In this document: positions 28,366 to 32,000 of the stretch, piece by piece
How positions within the stretch are numbered: the stretch's first letter is position 1
Layout: every line of letters begins with the position of its first letter
Source of the DNA: Haloquadratum walsbyi C23
GTDB lineage: Archaea > Halobacteriota > Halobacteria > Halobacteriales > Haloferacaceae
Assembly: GCF_000237865.1 (NCBI RefSeq)
Contig: NC_017459.1
Location: 2,790,001-2,822,000 of the forward strand
Direction of reading: 5' to 3'
Length of the DNA stretch: 32,000 nt
Notes under the pieces: model-generated
Seen by the model: the letters and a program-made list of their open reading frames with translations, nothing else
The model's database searches: none
Told to the model about the DNA's origin: nothing
Made by a program: the position numbers and the translations under genes

Positions 28366-29043
28366 TTAATATAGTAGGCTGTCATCGTTCTCAGTCATAT
28401 ACAGTGATCGGGCAGCAATATTAACCCCGTGGTCGCCGACCCGTTCGAGATCACGAATGGACAGAAGCAATCGCGAAACGTCCTGGATATATGACTCCGC
28501 GTCAAAGGCGGCATCACCGGTGACATTTCGATTTATAAGGGCTTGAACGACTGTTGAGCTTGCAGCCTCACACAAGTCATCAACATTATCATCATGCGTC
28601 GCAACAGTCTGACAGCGTCCTGGATCCTCATCCGCATATGCTTGCATTGCGTGTGTTAACATTTCAAGCGTCTCGTCTCCGATATGTTGAATATCGACCT
28701 CCGGAAAGACATCACAGTCTGCGGCTGATGCATACTCTGCGAGATTTGTTGCGAGATCACCGATTCGTTCAAGATCAGTGATAATTTTAAACGAAGCCGC
28801 GATAGTTCGAAGGTCAGACGCGACCGGTTGTTGGAGTGCAATAAGATCAACACATTGCTGTTCAAGTTCAAGATACATTGTGTTGATATCATCATCACGT
28901 GCAATGACCTCCATTGCGAGTTCATCATCTTTCTGTTCAAGCGCGTCAAGTCCTGATCGGAGGTTCTCAGAAACTAATTCACTCATATACAGGACATCCT
29001 CACGTAGCTTCGAGATTGATTCTTGATATGATTCTCGCGGCAT
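28366..29043 (-). CDS. phoU: PhoU-family protein (two PhoU repeats)
   Basis: Start at internal ATG 29043 (MPRESYQESISKLRED...); the track's first codon at 29064 is TTG. Two repeats carry the E/DxxxD-type motifs (ITDLERIGDLATN and IRDLERVGDHGVN). Confidence 0.8.
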   Translation of the reverse strand: MPRESYQESISKLREDVLYMSELVSENLRSGLDALEQKDDELAMEVIARDDDINTMYLELEQQCVDLIALQQPVASDLRTIAASFKIITDLERIGDLATNLAEYASAADCDVFPEVDIQHIGDETLEMLTHAMQAYADEDPGRCQTVATHDDNVDDLCEAASSTVVQALINRNVTGDAAFDAESYIQDVSRLLLSIRDLERVGDHGVNIAARSLYMTENDDSLLY

Positions 29044-29360
29044 GCTACTAGATATATATACCAATGTATATCAATGTATGGGTATATGTGACACTTACTA
29101 ATATACCGACAGTAGTCTTCAGGCTATTATATATCTCATATTGGCTTCGACGGTGTAGGTTGAACCTATATATGGTATTTGTGTGTCATCATATTGATGA
29201 TCTCAGGAAGTGTAATCAATTGATGTGGGGAATTTAATATAATCAATTAATTATTGCCAGTGACATATCGACATAAGTCAAATGTCCTGTTCAGATATAT
29301 ATTTTGTATAAATACAAGTAGTAATTCGATCGTGTGAACTCAAATCATATCTCACCATAA

Positions 29361-29376
29361 TAGTATATATATATGA
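29361..29376 (+). promoter_or_regulatory. candidate TATA box for the AbrB-PhoU gene
   Basis: tagtatatatatatga is centred about 25 nt upstream of ATG 29393. That spacing fits a leaderless haloarchaeal transcript. Based on sequence pattern only. Confidence 0.35.
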
Positions 29377-29392
29377 TCAGATTTATTGTGGC

Positions 29393-30412
29393 ATGGAGAA
29401 ATTAACAGATATGGTAGAGACCCGAAAGGTCCAGGTCACTGGTGGTTCAACATTCACAGTCTCAATTCCAAAAGAATGGGCAAATAGTAATGATATCTCT
29501 GCTGGGAGTGTCGTTGAATTCTATCCGGAAGGTGATTCATTGCTCTTAGCCCCAACGACTGATGAAGAGCGAACGCGCGGGAGTCTCGATGTAACTGATC
29601 TTGCTGGTGAGGAACTCACACGAGCAGTGATGACGATGTATGTTAGTGGATTCGACATTATTTCACTCACTAGTAGTCGAATTACAACAACACAACGCCG
29701 AACGATCAGAGAAGCAACACAGAGTCTTGTTGGCTTAGAGGTGCTTGAAGAGACCCGTGACCGAATCGTTGTGCGAGACCTACTTGACTCCTCTGAACTA
29801 TCTATTCACAATGCTGTCACACGAATGCGATTAATCGCGTTATCAATGCTTGGGGACGCAATCGACGCAATTGCAACACTCGATACTGATATGGCTCGTG
29901 ATATTATCCAACGAGATGATGATGTTGATCGCCTTTGGATGGTTGTCTCTCGGATTTTTCGATCGACGCTTCGAACACCGAAAGCGGCAGAAGAATTAGG
30001 TCTGGAAAGAGAGATGTGTTTTGATTATCAGTCGGCTGCTCGGCAGTTAGAGCGTATTGCTGACCATGCAACAAAAATAGGCCACTTAACATTGAAATTC
30101 AATGAGCAAGTCCCCGAAGATGTAATTGATTCGCTTATGGAACTGTGTGATGAGGCGCAATCGATTGTTGATGCTGCGATGGACGCACTGTTTACTGCTG
30201 ATAATAACAAAGTAACCGATCTGGCGAATGATGCGCGTGAGTCGGTACAGCAAATTGATGAGCGCGCACGACAAATCGATGAATTACTCAGAGGACTTGA
30301 CCCTGCCCGCGCACAGTTACTTGGACTGATTGTTGACTCGGTATCTCGAAGTGCAGATTATGGTGGAAATATTGCTGAGACTGCACTACAAAAAGCAGCA
30401 CCAACACCATGA
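29393..30412 (+). CDS. AbrB/SpoVT-domain plus PhoU-domain transcription regulator
   Basis: N-terminal swapped-hairpin motif RKVQVTGGSTFTVSIPKEWANSNDISAGSVVEF, followed by two PhoU repeats (DDDVDRLW..., LERIADHATKIG, SRSADYGGNIAE). An alternative start is Met7 at 29411. Confidence 0.85.
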   Translation: MEKLTDMVETRKVQVTGGSTFTVSIPKEWANSNDISAGSVVEFYPEGDSLLLAPTTDEERTRGSLDVTDLAGEELTRAVMTMYVSGFDIISLTSSRITTTQRRTIREATQSLVGLEVLEETRDRIVVRDLLDSSELSIHNAVTRMRLIALSMLGDAIDAIATLDTDMARDIIQRDDDVDRLWMVVSRIFRSTLRTPKAAEELGLEREMCFDYQSAARQLERIADHATKIGHLTLKFNEQVPEDVIDSLMELCDEAQSIVDAAMDALFTADNNKVTDLANDARESVQQIDERARQIDELLRGLDPARAQLLGLIVDSVSRSADYGGNIAETALQKAAPTP

Positions 30413-30429
30413 GACCTTCCCTGCCCTGA

Positions 30430-30648
30430 AGCGCAAAGATTCCTTCGTGGGGCATCGGACCGTCCAACGCTACCCCGAAGGTAACGTCCTCATCCACGAC
30501 GGATGAGCAGTGGGAACAGCACAAGTCGCTCTTCGAGAAGTATCTGTGGGGTGGTGGGTTCTGCGTTCGTTCGTGATACATCAGGACTGCGGGAACCGTC
30601 TCAACGGAAGCAATTGAAGAGTACGTCGAACAACCAGAACACGTCTAA
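30430..30648 (+). pseudogene. 3' fragment of an IS200-type tnpA (Y1 transposase), copy D
   Basis: A single frame reads ...PKVTSSSTTDEQWEQHKSLFEKYLWGGGFCVRS*YIRTAGTVSTEAIEEYVEQPEHV*. This matches the C-terminal consensus lKG.sSr.l..ef..l.k.LWgg.FWsdGYfvRTvG.vs.e.i..YIe.Q. A TGA (30574..30576) replaces the catalytic Tyr position and the N-terminal HUH half is missing. A perfect hairpin gaggca-ttc-tgcctc follows at 30687..30701. Confidence 0.55.
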
Positions 30649-30745
30649 GCGTCGGATCGACCTTCTCGGAATCAGATTAGAGCCCTGAGGCATTCTGCCT
30701 CGAAACCTGTAGAATTATTTTAAAGTTGGAATACAGTCTGATACG

Positions 30746-31123
30746 TTAGCTATCTTCAAGAAGGACAGCGCTGACTTGACCAGTTTGTCCTGGTCGGGAT
30801 GTCACACGTGCCTGCCCTGCAGAGGTTTCGATAATTGCTCCCTTCGTGATAATATTTCGTCGGATATAATTAACATTTGCAGGATTATCAACAACATTTT
30901 CAATTTCCTCTGTAGTCACTTCACCACTATCTGCAACTTGTGCAATATTTGTTGAAAGTGCACGGAGTTTGTCGTCAGACCCACGAGCGTCGATAACTTG
31001 AAATCGGGGGTCATCGACTGTTGTCTCTGCAGGCTCACGCCCAAGTTGGTGTCGCTTCTTTTTACTTACATCATGAAGTCGTCCACCAGTTCGTTTCCGT
31101 GTTGATCGTCCTTGATCTTTCAT
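30746..31123 (-). CDS. rps8e: 30S ribosomal protein S8e
   Basis: Start at internal ATG 31123; the track's first codon at 31198 is TTG. MKDQGRSTRKRTGGRLHDVSKKKRHQLGREPAETTV... plus the C-terminal ITKGAIIETSAGQARVTSRPGQTGQVSAVLLED are typical of S8e. Confidence 0.9.
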   Translation of the reverse strand: MKDQGRSTRKRTGGRLHDVSKKKRHQLGREPAETTVDDPRFQVIDARGSDDKLRALSTNIAQVADSGEVTTEEIENVVDNPANVNYIRRNIITKGAIIETSAGQARVTSRPGQTGQVSAVLLEDS

Positions 31124-31236
31124 ATTAATAGACTCTCTCGATGAGCACTTGAATGGCTCGCATTGTATGTATATGCGGGACACACTTGTCGGGTCCAATA
31201 GATTATATTGTCTGCATATGCAGTATGTGTATAGCT

Positions 31237-31698
31237 ATGAGTCTTGAAATTGCCGTTGCTGTCCCATTTAAACAACGTGGAACAACCCGTCTTGGCGAAG
31301 GTGCATTCGTCGTTGCACTTTCACTTGATCGGAGTTGGTTTTCACCCGACCAAGTCCAGCGATTAATTACTATCGCTGCCAGTCGCGGATTACTTTCTCA
31401 GTCTGATGATAAAGTTATTGCAGAGTTCGACCCAGCAACAGTATCAATTCCTGAGTCTTACGAACCCGACGAATCAATCCTTCGAGAGCAATCGGCATTC
31501 GAGCAGTTACTTGATGTACTTGTTACTGCTGGATATGAGAAACGTGAGGCGGTTGCTGAGATCAACGAACGACAACGTCAGCTCGCTATCTCCGTTGAAG
31601 CGGCAGCGGCAGTCTATGCGACGGAAGTCGGTCTTGATCTCGATACAAATGGTGGTAGTGCGATTGATATGGCGTATAACTCACTTTGCAGTGAATGA
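31237..31698 (+). CDS. DUF2240-like protein
   Basis: Start at internal ATG 31237 (MSLEIAVAVPFKQRGTTRLGEGAFVVALSLDRSWFSPDQVQRLITIAASRGLL...). This matches my recollection of the archaeal DUF2240 family. Not verified by search. Confidence 0.65.
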   Translation: MSLEIAVAVPFKQRGTTRLGEGAFVVALSLDRSWFSPDQVQRLITIAASRGLLSQSDDKVIAEFDPATVSIPESYEPDESILREQSAFEQLLDVLVTAGYEKREAVAEINERQRQLAISVEAAAAVYATEVGLDLDTNGGSAIDMAYNSLCSE

Positions 31699-31789
31699 CT
31701 GATTCACATCAATGAAATATCAGTAAAATAAATACTCTCACGATAATTTGTAGTTGAGACCGTGGAATATCTGTTGAGTCATACTACCC

Positions 31790-32000
31790 ATGAACTACCA
31801 CGGGCGTGGTGGTTCGTAGTTTTGCTGTGGTCTCTGGCGGGAAGCTAGCGGAACGACCGATGGCGAGTTTAATTCCGCCTGCGCTCGTCTCTGGTGAGAC
31901 TCACGTAGAACTGGTAACACCCGAACACACCGTCGGTACCACCCCAACAAATGTCGTCTGTTGCTGCCGTGATGGGTGTGTCCGTGGGTGTCCGCCCCTC
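31790..32000. other. GC-rich stretch of unresolved nature at the right edge (structured RNA, IS end, or 5' part of a CDS)
   Basis: There is an abrupt shift to higher GC after an AT-rich spacer. A 10-bp hairpin gaactaccac-gggc-gtggtggttc lies at 31792..31815, with more nested helices downstream. Several frames stay open to the window edge, including one from ATG 31860 (MASLIPPALVSGETHVELVTPEHTVGTTPTNVVCCCRDGCVRGCPPL...). Confidence 0.3.

Noticed and set aside
29062-29079. Direct repeat caatgtat twice with 10-bp spacing upstream of phoU, a possible operator.
   Set aside because: An 8-mer recurring at a short offset is expected a few times by chance in 32 kb, and more often in AT-rich spacers. 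There is no third copy and no dyad symmetry. It is left as a note only.

Overview
The window looks like a chromosomal core segment of a haloarchaeon. The proteins are strongly acidic, but the DNA is AT-rich for this group, a combination best known from Haloquadratum; GC was judged by eye, not computed.

Gene content, in order:
- A-type ATP synthase genes atpH-I-K-E-C-F on the minus strand, with atpF running off the left edge
- a SAM-dependent methyltransferase
- three adjacent pilin-like, secreted and membrane-anchored proteins of unknown function (5.9-9.7 kb)
- a polyprenyl diphosphate synthase, a DUF373-like membrane protein, a radical-SAM protein, a TRAM protein and a Tfx-like regulator
- a sugar nucleotidyltransferase preceded by a small Cys/His protein
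- the rpa3-rpap3 single-strand-binding pair, a ribbon-helix-helix protein and tRNA-His(GUG)
- a complete livFGHMJ-type ABC transporter operon
- two divergent PhoU-family genes, rps8e and a DUF2240-like gene

The accessory content is a set of decayed IS200/IS605-family remnants. One is a roughly 1.6 kb GC-rich element with a multiply disrupted IS1341-type tnpB and probably a decayed tnpA. At least three shorter relics share the tnpA 3' end motif.

I found no CRISPR array, no recognisable defence genes and no convincing new multi-gene system. The best candidate for unexplored biology is the cluster at 5.9-9.7 kb: a pilin-like protein, an unusually non-acidic secreted protein, and a membrane-tethered protein with a cytoplasmic winged-HTH-like domain. 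All family assignments come from reading motifs by eye, with no database search. Several start codons are refined inside the supplied ORFs, because the track's first codon is sometimes TTG or GTG printed as M.
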